NCBI RefSeq assembly: GCF_036321535.1
Contig: NC_087451.1
Span: 27,590,001 to 27,654,000, forward strand
Direction: 5' to 3'
Length of the DNA: 64,000 nucleotides
DNA from: Camelus dromedarius
Taxonomy: Eukaryota
The notes below the pieces were generated by a model. That model made no database searches. It was not told the origin of the DNA and saw nothing but the letters and a program-made list of their open reading frames with translations. Shown here one piece after another: positions 26,262-42,900 of this stretch. A program made the translations under genes and the position numbers. Numbering within the stretch: the first letter of the stretch is position 1; every line of letters starts with the position of its first letter.

Positions 26262-28164
26262 TTGTGTGAGATGTCACCTCACGTGTAGATGTGTACAACC
26301 GCCGCCACAGTCGAGACAGAATTGACCCAAGGCTTCCTTGTGCTCCCCACCACAGCTGCCCTGGCTCCCTCCCCCACCCCCGCCCTGGCGTTCTCTAGCC
26401 TGTTCTCCATCTCTACGATTATGTTATTCCAAGAGCACTGTATATGTGGACTCATACATACCTTTCAAGATTGGCTTTTTCAGCTCAGCACAGTTTCCCT
26501 GAGGACCAGGCCAGCTGTACGTATCGAAGGTTGCTCCTTTTTAATGCCGTGTGGTACCCGTGATGTGAATATAGTGACTCAGTCTCTCCGTTTGTAATAA
26601 ATCTATTCAGATTTTACATCTGTTCTTGAGTCCGTTTTGGCAGTCTGTGTGTTTTTAGGCATTTATCCATTTCATCAAGTGTCCAATTACCAACATCAGG
26701 AAGGAAGGAGGGGAGAGTAGGGGATAGCACTATGTAACTGTCAGCATACAGATCTTGCACGTGTTGTGTTCCACCGCTGCCTAAGTATTTACTTTTCTTT
26801 GGAGCAACTGTAAATGGTATTGTGACTAAACTTTCGGTTTTCACATGTTTGTGGTTGGTATATAAAAACGTGATTGAGTTTTCCGTACTGGCCTTGCTGA
26901 ACTCACTTGTTAGAATTTATTTTTTGTAGATTCCTTAGGGGTTTCCGTTAAGACAACCTGCCCTGTGCCCTGTTCACTGGTCTTACGTGCCGGTGAACAT
27001 TTCTTTTGTTCCTATCCGTATGCCTTTTATTTCTTTTTCTTGCCTTATCGTGCTGGTTAGAAGTGCCAGTACTATTTTGGGTCAGAGTGGTAAGAGCAGG
27101 CAAGCTTGCCTTGTTCCTGATCTTGGGAGAAAAGCATTCAGCCTCTCACCACTGAGTCTGATACAAGCTGTAGAGTTTTCTGTAGATTCTTGCTGTCGAG
27201 TTGAGGGAGTTCTCCCTCTGTTCCTAGTTTGCTGAGGGTTGTTTTTTAATCACGAGTAGGTGTTGGATTTTGTCATCTGCGTCTATTGAGATGATCGTGT
27301 GGTTATAGTAAGATGGTATACTACACTAACTGGTTATAGTTAAGGTAATCTGGTGGTTGTAGTAAGATGGTATACTACACCAACTGATTTTTGGGTAACA
27401 AGCTAACCTTGCATTCCTGGGGTAAATATCACTTGGTCTTTTTATATGTTCCTGGATTAAGTCTGCTAACGTCTGGAGGGTTTTTGCAACTGTCCTTTTG
27501 AGAGATGTCATTGTGTAGTTTTACACCATTTCTGGTACCATTTTTGTATACTTATACTATTTTTAAATAATTATCTATGTAATGACCTTTAGTACTGTTC
27601 CTTGTATCTTCATATGATGTCACTTTCTTTATCCTAAAAGATTCGCTTTGGTATTTCACGTAAAGCAGGTCTGCTACCAACACATTCTCCCTGTCTTTGT
27701 TTATCTAGGAATGCCTTTGTTTTGCCTTCATTTTTGAAAGATAGTTTTGCTGGATGTAGAATTATTGGTTGCCTGATTTTCTCTTTCAAAATCTTAAATA
27801 CTCCTCTGCTCTTTGGTCTCCACTGTTCTTTAGGAGAAGTCATCTTTCATCTTATTGCAGTTTTCTTGTATCTGATAGTCATTTTATCTTCCTACTTTCA
27901 AGATTTTGTGTTTGTTTTCTAGCAGTTTGACTATGGTGTGTCCAGGTGTGAATATCTTTGTGTTTATCCTATTAAAAATGTGCAGTAATGTTTTTCATTG
28001 AATTTGAAAAGTTTGGGGCCATTATTTCTTCAAAAACTTTTTCCTGCTCCTTTTCCTCATTCCTTTTATCTGGATGTGTATGTGTGATATATGTATGTTA
28101 GTGTGCTTGGGGGTATCCCATGGGTCTCTGAGGTACTGTTTGTTCATGTTCTAATTTTTTGTTA

Positions 28165-28279
28165 GGGGGTAATTAGGCTATTTATTTATTTATTTATTTA
28201 TTTTAGTGGAGGTACTGGGGATTGAACCCAGGACCTTGTGCATGCTAAGCATGCACTCTACCACTGAGCTATACCCTCC
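28165..28279 (-). mobile_element. Camelid tRNA-derived SINE (vic-1-like), near-consensus copy
   Basis: GGAGGGTATAGCTCAGTGGTAGAGTGCATGCTTAGCATGCACAAGGTCCTGGGTTCAATCCCCAGTACCTCC plus (TAAA)n and CCTAATTACCCCC. Confidence 0.9.
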
Positions 28280-29754
28280 TACCCTGTTCATTTTCCTTCA
28301 TGCTTTTTTTCTTTCTGTTTCTCAGATTGGATAATCTCTGCTGATCTACCTTCAAGTTCACTGCTTCTTCCTGTTTCCAGTTCACGTTTGCTGTTGGACC
28401 TCTGTAGTGAAATTTTCATTTCAGGTATTGTTTTTCAACTCAATTTCTATTGGCCTTTTTAAATTGTTTCTGTCTTTGTATTGATAATCGCAACCTGGTG
28501 AGTCATTGTCATCATATTTTTAAAAAATCTTTAACCATGGTTTTTTGTTGTTGTTGTTGTTGTTCTTTGAACGTATTTACAATAGCTGCTTTGAATTCTT
28601 TGTCTGCTAAATCCAAACCTGAGCCCCCCTCAAGGACAGTTTCTACAAACCACTTTTTTCCCCTGTGCATGGCCTACTTACATTATTGTGTTTCTTCGAA
28701 TGTCTCATAATTTTTTAACGAATGCCGGGCATTTTAGACAACATGCTTTCGAACCTCTGGACTCTGAGCCCTCCCCGCCTCACTGGCGGGCTGTTCCTGG
28801 TGCTGCTGTTCGTTTGCCCATACCTGGCTTGGATGAACTCCGCACAGCCTGTCCCCTCTGCAGTGTGTGACCCCTGGTAGCTACTAGATTTTTTTAAACA
28901 CTTTTTTCCCTGCTGCAGATGATTACTTCCCATGAAGGAAGCACCCTTTGACCCTCACTCTAAAAAAATCCTTTTTTATATGTAAGTCTGGCTTCCTCAG
29001 ATTTGTCCTTGGATCATTATAGTTCAGTGGCCAGCCACTGTTCAGAGATTGTTTAACAAACTGAACCAATAAAGCCTCCATCCTCTGCTGATGGCTCCGT
29101 GTATAGGCTAGTTCACGCAGTTTGCAATCTGGGCCTGGCTTTTACTTTTTGCTTGCACAAAGCCTCATATTCAGCCAGAGAGGAGTGTATAGCTGGGGCC
29201 CTTTCTGGTCTTTCCATACTGTAGGAACAGCCTTGCAGACTACAAAGGGCATCTTACCAATGCCCGCCATGGCTGTCGTAGTCACTGACCTTCCTTGTTA
29301 AGTTCTGCCGGGGCTATTGCTCCAACCAGCACCACGGCCCGGGCAGCTGAGGTCTAGGCCTCTACCCAGTTGCCTGCTACTGTGATTGCAACTGTTTTTG
29401 ACAAACACTCTTTGGAGCTTTCCTCCTTCCCCAGTCCTTCTTCCAGTGTCTGTAGGAACTTCAAGTCCTCAAGGCCTACCTTGCTGTGGTGTAATTACCA
29501 TGGGGAGGGAGCAAATAAAAGTAGCTGGATACTAAAACTCCAGGGACTCCCCCCGTTCTTACAGATGTTCGATGCTTTCTTTTCTTTTCTTTTTCAGTAA
29601 GTGTTTTTCAAACATTGTATGCATTTGGTCAACTTTCAGAGTCTTGGAATGGTTGCTTTTAAAAGTTCTGTCCAGTTTCATCATTGCTTTTTTGGGAGAT
29701 TTGGTCAGCCCTTCTATCTGCTACTCCAGAAATCTCCCCCACATACAAAAACTT

Positions 29755-30005
29755 AAATTTTCTAGTAGCTATACAGAAAAAGATGAAATTAGTTTTAATG
29801 ATGTATTTAACCTAACTTAATATAAAAAATTATTCCAACAGGTAATCAATACTTTAAAAATTACAAATGAACTATTTAACTTTTCTTCCTGCTCAGTCTT
29901 TGAAACCTGGGGTGGGGTGCCTTTTTACTGCTACAGCGCATCCTCGTTTGGACCAGCCACGTTCAAGCACCGTCGAGATGTGGCTGCTGGCTGCCACGCT
30001 GGCCG
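29755..30005 (+). mobile_element. MER33-like hAT-Charlie DNA transposon remnant
   Basis: AATTTTCTAGTAGC...GATGAAATTAGTTTTAAT...TTTGGACCAGCCACGTTCAAGCAC...ATGTGGCTGCTGGCTGCCACGCTGG resembles the recalled MER33/MER3 consensus. Confidence 0.6.
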
Positions 30006-30049
30006 GGCAAGGACGGCGGTTTGGCACCGGGAACCTGCTGCTTTCCAGG

Positions 30050-30990
30050 CGTGTCAGTGACGCGCGGTCGTGTTGAGGAGCCCCGATCCCCTGGGAGCGT
30101 TGGACCCTTCAAGGCTGAGATGGTAAAATGAAACTCGGCTCTGCCAGCGGAAAGACTTCCCCGCCTTTCGGGGCTGTGCGCGGGGGCTGCCGTCAGCCTG
30201 CGGAGGGACGGCGGCGCCCGCTCCCCGGGCGCGCGGGGGCTCGGCGGTGGCTACGCAGCGGCGGTCCGGGGAGGGGAGAGCCCGCCGGGCCCGGGGCCGC
30301 CGGCCGGGGCGCTCGCGGGGGGGTGGTTCCCGCCGTAACACAGCGCGTTCGGCCAGGGGAGCCTTGCGGGGTTCCGCGCGCGGCCGAGGCGGGGCTTCAG
30401 CGCCGGGCCCCTCGGGAGGAAGGGCGGGGCGCGCGTCGGACGCCGGCCACACCCGGCTCGGGCGAGGGGGCGAGCCCCGGCGGCCCCAGCCGGAGCCCCG
30501 CGAGCCCCGCCTCCCGCGGTGGGCGGAGCCGACTTCCGACCTCCTTCCGCCCCATCCCCGAGGCCGGCCCTTCGGCAGCCGGGCGCGGTTTCCCGGGGAC
30601 GCATTTCCCGCCGCACCGCGGCCGCCCGGACCGCCCTGGCGGAGCACCTTCCGGCGGCCCCGGCGCGGAGCCCTGGGCCCGGCGGCGGCCCGGCGGCGGC
30701 CCCTGCGCGGCTGCCTCACGGCGCGGCGCGAGCTCGGGAGCCGCACCCAAGGGACCCCCGCCGCACGCCCCCGGAGCTCCTGGCTCCCCCAGCGGGCCCC
30801 GCCCCCACCCCGGCTCCGGAGGGCCCGGCCCCGTCGGGAGGAGCCGCGGCCCGGCTCGGGCGCCCAGGCGGCCCGGCTCGGCCCAGGTAGGTTCCTGCGG
30901 GTGCGGGTGGAGCGCGCCGCGCTGGACGCGCTCATGCGCTGGTGTGTCTGGGCAGCGCATGGGCGGCCTGGGTGACTTCTGCCTGTAACT
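30050..30990. promoter_or_regulatory. DUS1L promoter CpG island with non-coding exon 1 donor at 30886/30887
   Basis: Very CpG-dense, with ETS-like CTTCCG motifs and a strong donor CAG|gtaggt upstream of the first coding exon. Confidence 0.8.
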
Positions 30991-31499
30991 TCACAGTTTC
31001 CGGAAATGTCAAACCTGCGGCTGGGCACTTAGTCGACTATTAAACCGGTGACCCTGCTTAGTAATTTCAGAACTAGGTAAGAGAACGCGAAGTCCGTGTT
31101 CTCGCAGACCGAGCCTCCCGCACACCCTGTCCCTCCTGGTCTTTCCTGTCCTAATCACGTCTCCGCCGCCGCCCACTGAATCCTCTTAGGGGAGGATGCC
31201 TCCAGCGAGGTTGGCCCGCCCAGGTAAAGCCCGAGGGAAGAGTACTCTGAGTCCCTGTGCAGGACCACCTGACACCCGGGGGAGGGCGCAGAGTGTGGCC
31301 AGGTGAGCGCCTGCACCCACCTTGGGCAGGGAAGGCAGGCCTCCAGCGCTGTTGCCACAGGGTGATCCTGCGGTGGTGGGGTCCTTGGGCCTTGCAGGTT
31401 ATAGCTGCTGCTTATGGTGGCCAGTTCTGGGCCAGGTGCCAACAGGACATTGCATTCACGTTTCATTGACTGGTCACAGCGGTCCTGCCAGGCAGACAT

Positions 31500-31570
31500 C
31501 TTAATCCCGCTAACAAGTGAGGCGTCAAGGCTCAGAGAGGTTGAGTGACTTGCCCGAGGCCTCCACTGGA
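31500..31570 (-). mobile_element. MIR fragment in DUS1L intron 1
   Basis: AGGCTCAGAGAGGTTGAGTGACTTGCCCGAGG matches the MIR core. Confidence 0.7.
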
Positions 31571-31654
31571 GCGGCTTCGAGGACAGTGTGTGCCTGCACC
31601 AGCTCTCCGTAGGCCGCACCTCAGCCCCTGGTTTCTCCCTTTAGTGTGGAGACC

Positions 31655-34600
31655 ATGCCAAAGCTGCAGGGCTTCGAGTTCTGGAGCCGCACCCTGGGGG
31701 GGGCCCGCCACGTGGTGGCCCCCATGGTGGACCAAAGCGAGCTGGCCTGGAGGCTGCTGAGTCGCCGCCACGGGGCCCAGCTGTGCTACACGCCCATGCT
31801 GCACGCCCAGGTCTTCGTCCGCGATGCCAACTACCGCAAAGAGAACCTGTACTGCGAAGTGTGCCCCGAGGACCGGCCCCTCATCGTGCAGGTGGGCAGG
31901 GCGAGAGCCCTAGACGGCCGGCAGGGCGCCTTTCCCTCAGCCTCCCTGGGAACAGCCCTTGAGATCCTCGGGGAGGCCTTGAGGCCACGGGCTGCCGTTT
32001 GTCCGAGACTGACCCCTTTCCAAGAGCAGTCTCTGACTTCTGGCGAACAGACGGCTTGGGTGCTGTGAAAGACTCATGGCCCCCTGACATCACCCACACG
32101 TGTCTCTTGTAGCTCCCTGCTTATCAGAACCGTTCGAAAGAACGGCTCTGCTCTTGGCCAAGTCAGCGATGCCGGCTTTCCGTGTGAGTCTCTCACTCAG
32201 CCTGCTGCTGGCCTGGGGACGCGTCCCAGCTCAGTCACACTGTGACATTTGGGACGGGCTGCCTCATGTGCTCATCCCCGGGACCACACCCCCGCTGGTC
32301 ACACGTGGACCCCTCGGGGCAGCTTGGGGGCTGGGGCCTGGCTGGGGCTCATGGCGACTTTCGTCTCCTCCAGTTCTGTGCCAATGACCCAGAGGTGTTT
32401 GTCCAGGCGGCTCTCCTGGCGCAGGATTACTGTGACGCCATTGACCTGAATCTGGGTTGCCCGCAGATGATAGCCAAGCGCGGTGAGTGCCGGCTTTAGG
32501 CAGAGGTGTGGCTCTGAGCGCAGGTGCCCTGGGAGCGAGCGAGGTGAGGGCTTGGCGCAGGCTTGGCCCTGCCTCAGGTGGTGGCAGCTCAGGCAGCAGC
32601 CAGTCGTCTCTTTGCTCCTCTCTCTGGATGGCAGCCCACCTCGGGTGCCAGGGTCAGGGGCTGGGGTTCAGCTGGCTGGTAGAGGCCAGTCGCTCCCTTT
32701 GTTGCTGGGTTATGTCGTTGGACTCCCTCTGGATAAACGGGTTTTGCTGAAAGGAGGTCCGCCCCAATACTCTCGTGCTGCCTTGGGTGCCAGTGGCTGC
32801 TCCCCTGGCATCTTGGCCTTTGTCCCTGGGCCTGAGGATGTGCCAGTTGACCAGAGACCGTGTAGGGTGGGCGTTCCGTTCAGTACTCGTGTGCTCAGGC
32901 CACGTGGAGAATAGAACCTGGCCAGGCAGCTCTTGGCCCGTGTGGCTGCAGGAGGGGTGCAGAGGCCATGTCTGTCCTTCGTAGGTCACTACGGCGCCTT
33001 TCTGCAGGAGGAGTGGGACCTGCTCCAGAGAATGAGTGAGTTGGCCACATGCTCCCTGCGGGGATTGGGGCCGCGCTGTGGACAGCGGCAAGCCCCAGAG
33101 ACAGCCTGGCAGGGCTCGGGAAAGGACAGTGGCCAGCAGAATCCTGGCCGTGGCGCTCTCCCTGTGGTAGAAGGCGGCTGTGAAGAGTGGCCCGTCCCAT
33201 GCCAGCCACCCCCTTAGAACCAGATAGTGGGTGCTGGGGCAGCGTCGTCGCCCATTGCCGGCTCTCCTGGCGCCTGGGGGTGGGAGGCGGGGCTCTCAGC
33301 GGCTGCCTGCGGGTGGGCCCCTACAGCCTGCCTCTCGGAACCCATGCTGCCGTCCCCCAGTTCTGCTCGCTCACGAGAAGCTCTCCGTCCCCGTCACGTG
33401 CAAGATCCGCGTCTTCCCAGAGATCGACAAGACCGTGCGGTACGCCCAGATGCTGGAGAAGGCTGGCTGCCAGGTGAGGGCCCCGTGCTGTCCCCCGCCT
33501 CTAGGAGCACCTTTGAGGGCTTACCCCTGGGGTGGGCCGGATTCACAGGGACTTTTAGGTGATGGTTGGGGACGCCAGTACTGGGTAGGGGGTGCTGAGC
33601 CTCAGCCACCTTCTCCCCACCCCCCCAGCCCTTTCCTTCCTCGTTCGTGCCTTTGGCCTTGGGCAGCGGAGCTACTGCTGCTTCCAAGAGAGCAGGGTCT
33701 TTTGAGAAAGGGTCTGGACCTCACTCTGAATCCTGGGTGGCGTTGGGGGTGGGGGGGGCCTCTGATGTGGGAGCCCCAGGTAGCACCCCCACGGTGTCAG
33801 TGGCCCTAAGTGCAGCCCAGAGGACCAGGGTGGGGACTGAGTGAGCCAGGCACAGGATGGCCTCTGCTCTGCTCCGCATGGGAAGCTGATGCCCCGCAGC
33901 CGAAGGCAGAGGGTTCCCTGCAGTTGGTTTGGGGGCTGCAGCGGAGAGCCTGGCTGAGCTGGCGCTGTTGTGCCCTAGTTGCTGACAGTGCACGGCCGCA
34001 CCAAAGAGCAAAAGGGGCCCCTGTCCGGCAGCGCGTCCTGGGAGCACATCAAGGCTGTGCGGTGAGTGGGCCCTGGGGGAAACCGGGGGCCGGGGGCATT
34101 ACAGTCTGGCCCCAGGGCAGGGCACTCAGCCCTTTGAGTGTAGGGTTGGGGTGGGGAGGCTGGGGGCTGGGGGAAGGGAGAGGCCCTGCCTGGATGGAGT
34201 CTGACGGGTGGGGACGGGCCAGCATCCTCTTCTGAGTGTCTGCCCGTCCTACTCCCAACAGGAAGGCGGTGGCCATCCCTGTGTTTGCCAACGGGAACAT
34301 CCAGTGTCTGCGGGATGTGGAGCGCTGCCTCCAGGACACGGGGGTACAGGGGGTCATGAGTGCAGGTGAGGGTGCACCCTTGCCCATGGAGGGACCCATC
34401 CGCGTTGTGGGGCCACTGGCCCAGCTGAATGGCCTCAGGCTCATGCTGCCCGCACTGAGGGGCCCCGCCTGCTTGACAGGCCAGAGCTTTCAGGCCAGTG
34501 GCTGGCCTTGCCCTGGCAGGGGGTGAGGCAGGGGGCACATCCCTCTGGGGTGTGAGCCCCTGAGCCTCAAGCCCCCTTCCCCTGCAGAGGGAAACCTGCA

Positions 34601-36749
34601 CAACCCTGCCCTGTTTGAGGGCCGCAGCCCCGCCGTCTGGGAGCTGGCCGAGGAGTACCTGGACATTGTGCGCCAGCACCCCTGCCCCCTGTCCTACGTC
34701 CGTGCCCACCTCTTCAAGCTGTGGCACCACACGTGAGTTGCCCCCAGGGCAAAAGTTGTCTGGTCTGAGCCCTGCCTGGGCACTGAGGGTTTTAAGATGG
34801 ACTCAGGTCTAGGGGGCTGCAGTGATGGAGCGGGGCAGGAGGCAGGGGGCCTGAGTCAGAGGAGAGACTGGCCTCTGCCCAGTGCTCGGTGGCTCTGATG
34901 GGCCATGTGTCTCAGGCTGCAGGTGCATCAGCAGCTTCGTGAGGAGCTCGCCAAGGTGAAGACCCTGGAGGGCGTTGTGGCGGTGAGCCGGGAGCTGAGG
35001 CTGCGGTGTCAGGTGGGTGCCGCAGTGGTGTGGTGCCGGGTGGCAGGAGAGGGGCTGGGGCCTCTGACCCTGGGGCCTCTGGGCTTTTGCAGGAGGATAT
35101 ATCCAGGCAGAAGGAGGGAGAGAAGCCTTCGGGCAGCTTGCCTTTCTCCCACTGGATCTGCCAGCCCTATTTCCGGCCAGGGTGAGCCTCTTGCATGTGG
35201 GCTGGGGGGCGAGGGGGGCCAGCTCCATCCCCTCAGGGACCGCGCTTGTTGGGGGCGGCACGGGGCGGGCTCTCCGTTGTCAGCCTGTGCTTAGGTTTTA
35301 AATCATTTCTTTTTGTAAGCTGCTTTTCTAAGCTCCTCTGATCCTGGGTGAATTTGTCCTGGCGTCAGGAGGTGACCCTCCTGGGCTTCCTCTGGGTTGT
35401 CATCTGTAGCCACAGCCCTGCTCAGTGGCTCAGACCCTGGTGCCCCACCGTGTCCCAGTCTCTGTGCCAGCCACTGGGGCCCAGCCCCGGCTTGGGCAGC
35501 CTGAACCGAGCCCCAGAGGAGCTGCACGCGTTTCCTCACCCTGGGGCTGCAGCGGGCCGGCTGCCCCTCGTGGGCCTTCCCCAGCTCTACCCGCTGCCCC
35601 TTCTTTCCAGGCCCAGGGAGGGGAGCAAGGAAGGTGGGGCTGCCCGCAGCAAGCGGGCCCTGGAGGAAGAGGAGGGCATCACGGACATCCTGTCCAAGAA
35701 TAAGCAGAAGAAGCAGCTGAGGAACCCCCACAAGACCTTCGACCCCTCACTGAAGCGTAAGCTGCTCCCACTGCTGGAGTCTGGGGAGGAGGCTGCCCAC
35801 CCCCGTGGGGGGCCCCCAGGACAGGTGCTCTGATGCTTCCTAAGAGCAGGAAGGGCCCTGTGACCTGTCCACAAGCCCCCAAGGAGGCTGGTGGGTTCCA
35901 GGAGGCCCCAGCCAGCAGCCCTGCCTGCTATCTTCCCTCAGGGCTGCCATCCCAAGAAGGACCTTCCAGTGGGAGGCGTCTGTGGTGGGCATGGAGCCCG
36001 AAGACCATTGGGTGGGTGGGAGGAGGTTTCCCAGCAGGACCATGCACGCCGCGTCCTCTGCCCTCCCAGAGCCGCCCAGCCAGTGAGCGGGGACAGTCCC
36101 TGGGGGCTCTGTGGAGGAGATGGCCATGGTGGGTGGGCCTGCCTCCTTCAACCAGCACCTCTTTTTGTTCTTTTCCCAGCAAAATATGCCAAGTGTGATC
36201 AGTGTGGAAACCCAAAGGTGAGGCCTGGCCCAGGGCAGAGCTCAGCCCCCGGAGGGGTGGGCACCTGGGCGAGCGCCCTTTTCCTGGCTGGGAGGGGCTT
36301 CTTCCCTGTGAGGCTGGCGCTGCCCAGCCTAGGACAGCCCCTCCTGTGCTCCTGGCCAGCCCTGGCCACTCGCTGAGGCTCCAGGGCGGCCAGGGAAGGG
36401 CACCAGCCCCAGGCTCACAGGCTTTCCTCCTTCCAGGGCAGCAGGTGTGTGTTTAACCTCTGCCGTGGCTGCTGCAAGAAGCGAGCTTTCCGAGAAACCG
36501 CTGACTGCCCAGGTGAGGGTACCTGCTGCCCTCAGCACCCCCACCCTTGCCGGGCAGTTGGCTCTGCAGCCTCCTAAGCCCCGTTTCCCTCCTCTTACCC
36601 CTCTGCCAGGTCATGGGCTGCTCTTTAAAACCAAACTGGAGAAGTCCCTGGCCTGGAAGGGGGCCCGGCCCCAGCTGCAGGAAGCTCAGCAGGCAGGGCC
36701 TGGGGAAGCAAGTGGCTTTCCTGAGGTCGTGGGCAGTGCCCTGGCCTGA
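31655..36749 (+). CDS. DUS1L: tRNA-dihydrouridine(16/17) synthase-like, 13 coding exons, 475 aa
   Basis: [15 protein letters not shown]...[12 protein letters not shown]...NLGCPQ (catalytic Cys 32458-32460)...VHGRT...FANGNI and a Cys-rich C-terminus. Exons: 31655-31891, 32374-32482, 32985-33035, 33361-33473, 33979-34061, 34262-34365, 34588-34732, 34916-35012, 35093-35181, 35611-35756, 36180-36217, 36437-36512, 36610-36749 (1428 nt, in frame). Confidence 0.96.
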
Positions 36750-36978
36750 AGGGCAGCTGCAGCCCCCGTGCCACCCACCAGGCCTCAGGCCCGCTGCCGA
36801 AGCCTTGGCACATCCTGCTCAAGGAAACGCCTTTACTCAGGGAACCTCCTGCTATTTCACGTGGAAGCTCAAGCTGGTCCCCCTCAGCCCAGGCTGAGGG
36901 CCCGGAGGTGCTGCACCAGGGAGCAGGCTCCCCGGCAGAACTGGCCCGTCCTCGCAACTCTCGTGTGTTCACATAGAC

Positions 36979-36984
36979 AATAAA
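36979..36984 (+). terminator. DUS1L polyA signal AATAAA
   Basis: Canonical hexamer 230 nt after the stop codon. Confidence 0.85.
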
Positions 36985-37266
36985 TCACTTCAAAGTTGGG
37001 CGTGCAGAGAGCTGGCCTGCAGCCTTCCCAGGTCATCCAGACCTGGGTGGAGTCGGGGCCAGCAGGACGGGGGAAGGGTAGCAACGTCCCACCTGAAGGG
37101 CCACGCACTGGTGCAGCCCTGCAGAGCCACGCGGGGGAGGCTCAGCTCCCTCCTGCCACCCGCATGGTGCCTGAATGTGCAGAGGGGGAGCCCAAGGGAC
37201 TGGGGCCTGGGCCAGAGGACCCCACGGAGACAGGAAGGAGTGGTGCGGGGTGTTCTCAGGCTGCCC

Positions 37267-37272
37267 TTTAAT
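37267..37272 (-). terminator. GPS1 polyA signal ATTAAA
   Basis: Plus-strand TTTAAT ~300 nt beyond the GPS1 stop codon. Confidence 0.65.
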
Positions 37273-37577
37273 GGACTGAGATTCAACAACTGTAGCCCCA
37301 GACGACGCACCAACATGGAGGCTGGGCAGTGTGCTGCCGGGTGGGGCCCTGAGTGCCACAGGGGTGAGCCCTGCAGGCCCCCCTTCCAGCAAAGCCCACC
37401 TCTGCCCCAGGGCCCCCGGCACAGGGTGCAGCAAGGGGGAGGGAAGGGGCCGAGGGCCACATCATCCAGCAGCCAGGTCCCACAAGAGGCCACAGTCGAT
37501 GCCTCCAGACGTGCTGCGGGAGCAGGTGGGAGGCCTGGAGCAGGTGGGGCGAGGCGTCCTGGAGGCCACCGGGGTCC

Positions 37578-42900
<5,323 letters not shown>

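Larger units (their letters stand above)
25090..29700 (-). mobile_element. Mosaic of old LINE-1 fragments (3'UTR, ORF2, ORF1) interrupted by SINEs
   Basis: Minus-strand remnants LDEMDKCLKTHRLPKRTQE and KKSKYLG...VQDLY (ORF2-like, 26614-26844) and VFKILKEK...HPAKLSFKNEGKTKAFLDKQ (ORF1 C-terminus-like, 27634-27843). Boundaries approximate. Confidence 0.8.

Noticed and set aside
28165-28279. tRNA-Ala(AGC)-like sequences (7 copies in the window)
   Set aside because: Each carries the same AT-rich tail ending CCTAATTACCTCC and scattered substitutions. They are SINE heads, not tRNA genes.
30054-31028. Overlapping 240-324 aa Arg/Pro/Gly-rich ORFs (also at 3184-4569 and 42447-43274)
   Set aside because: Stop-codon scarcity in CpG islands; low-complexity translations.
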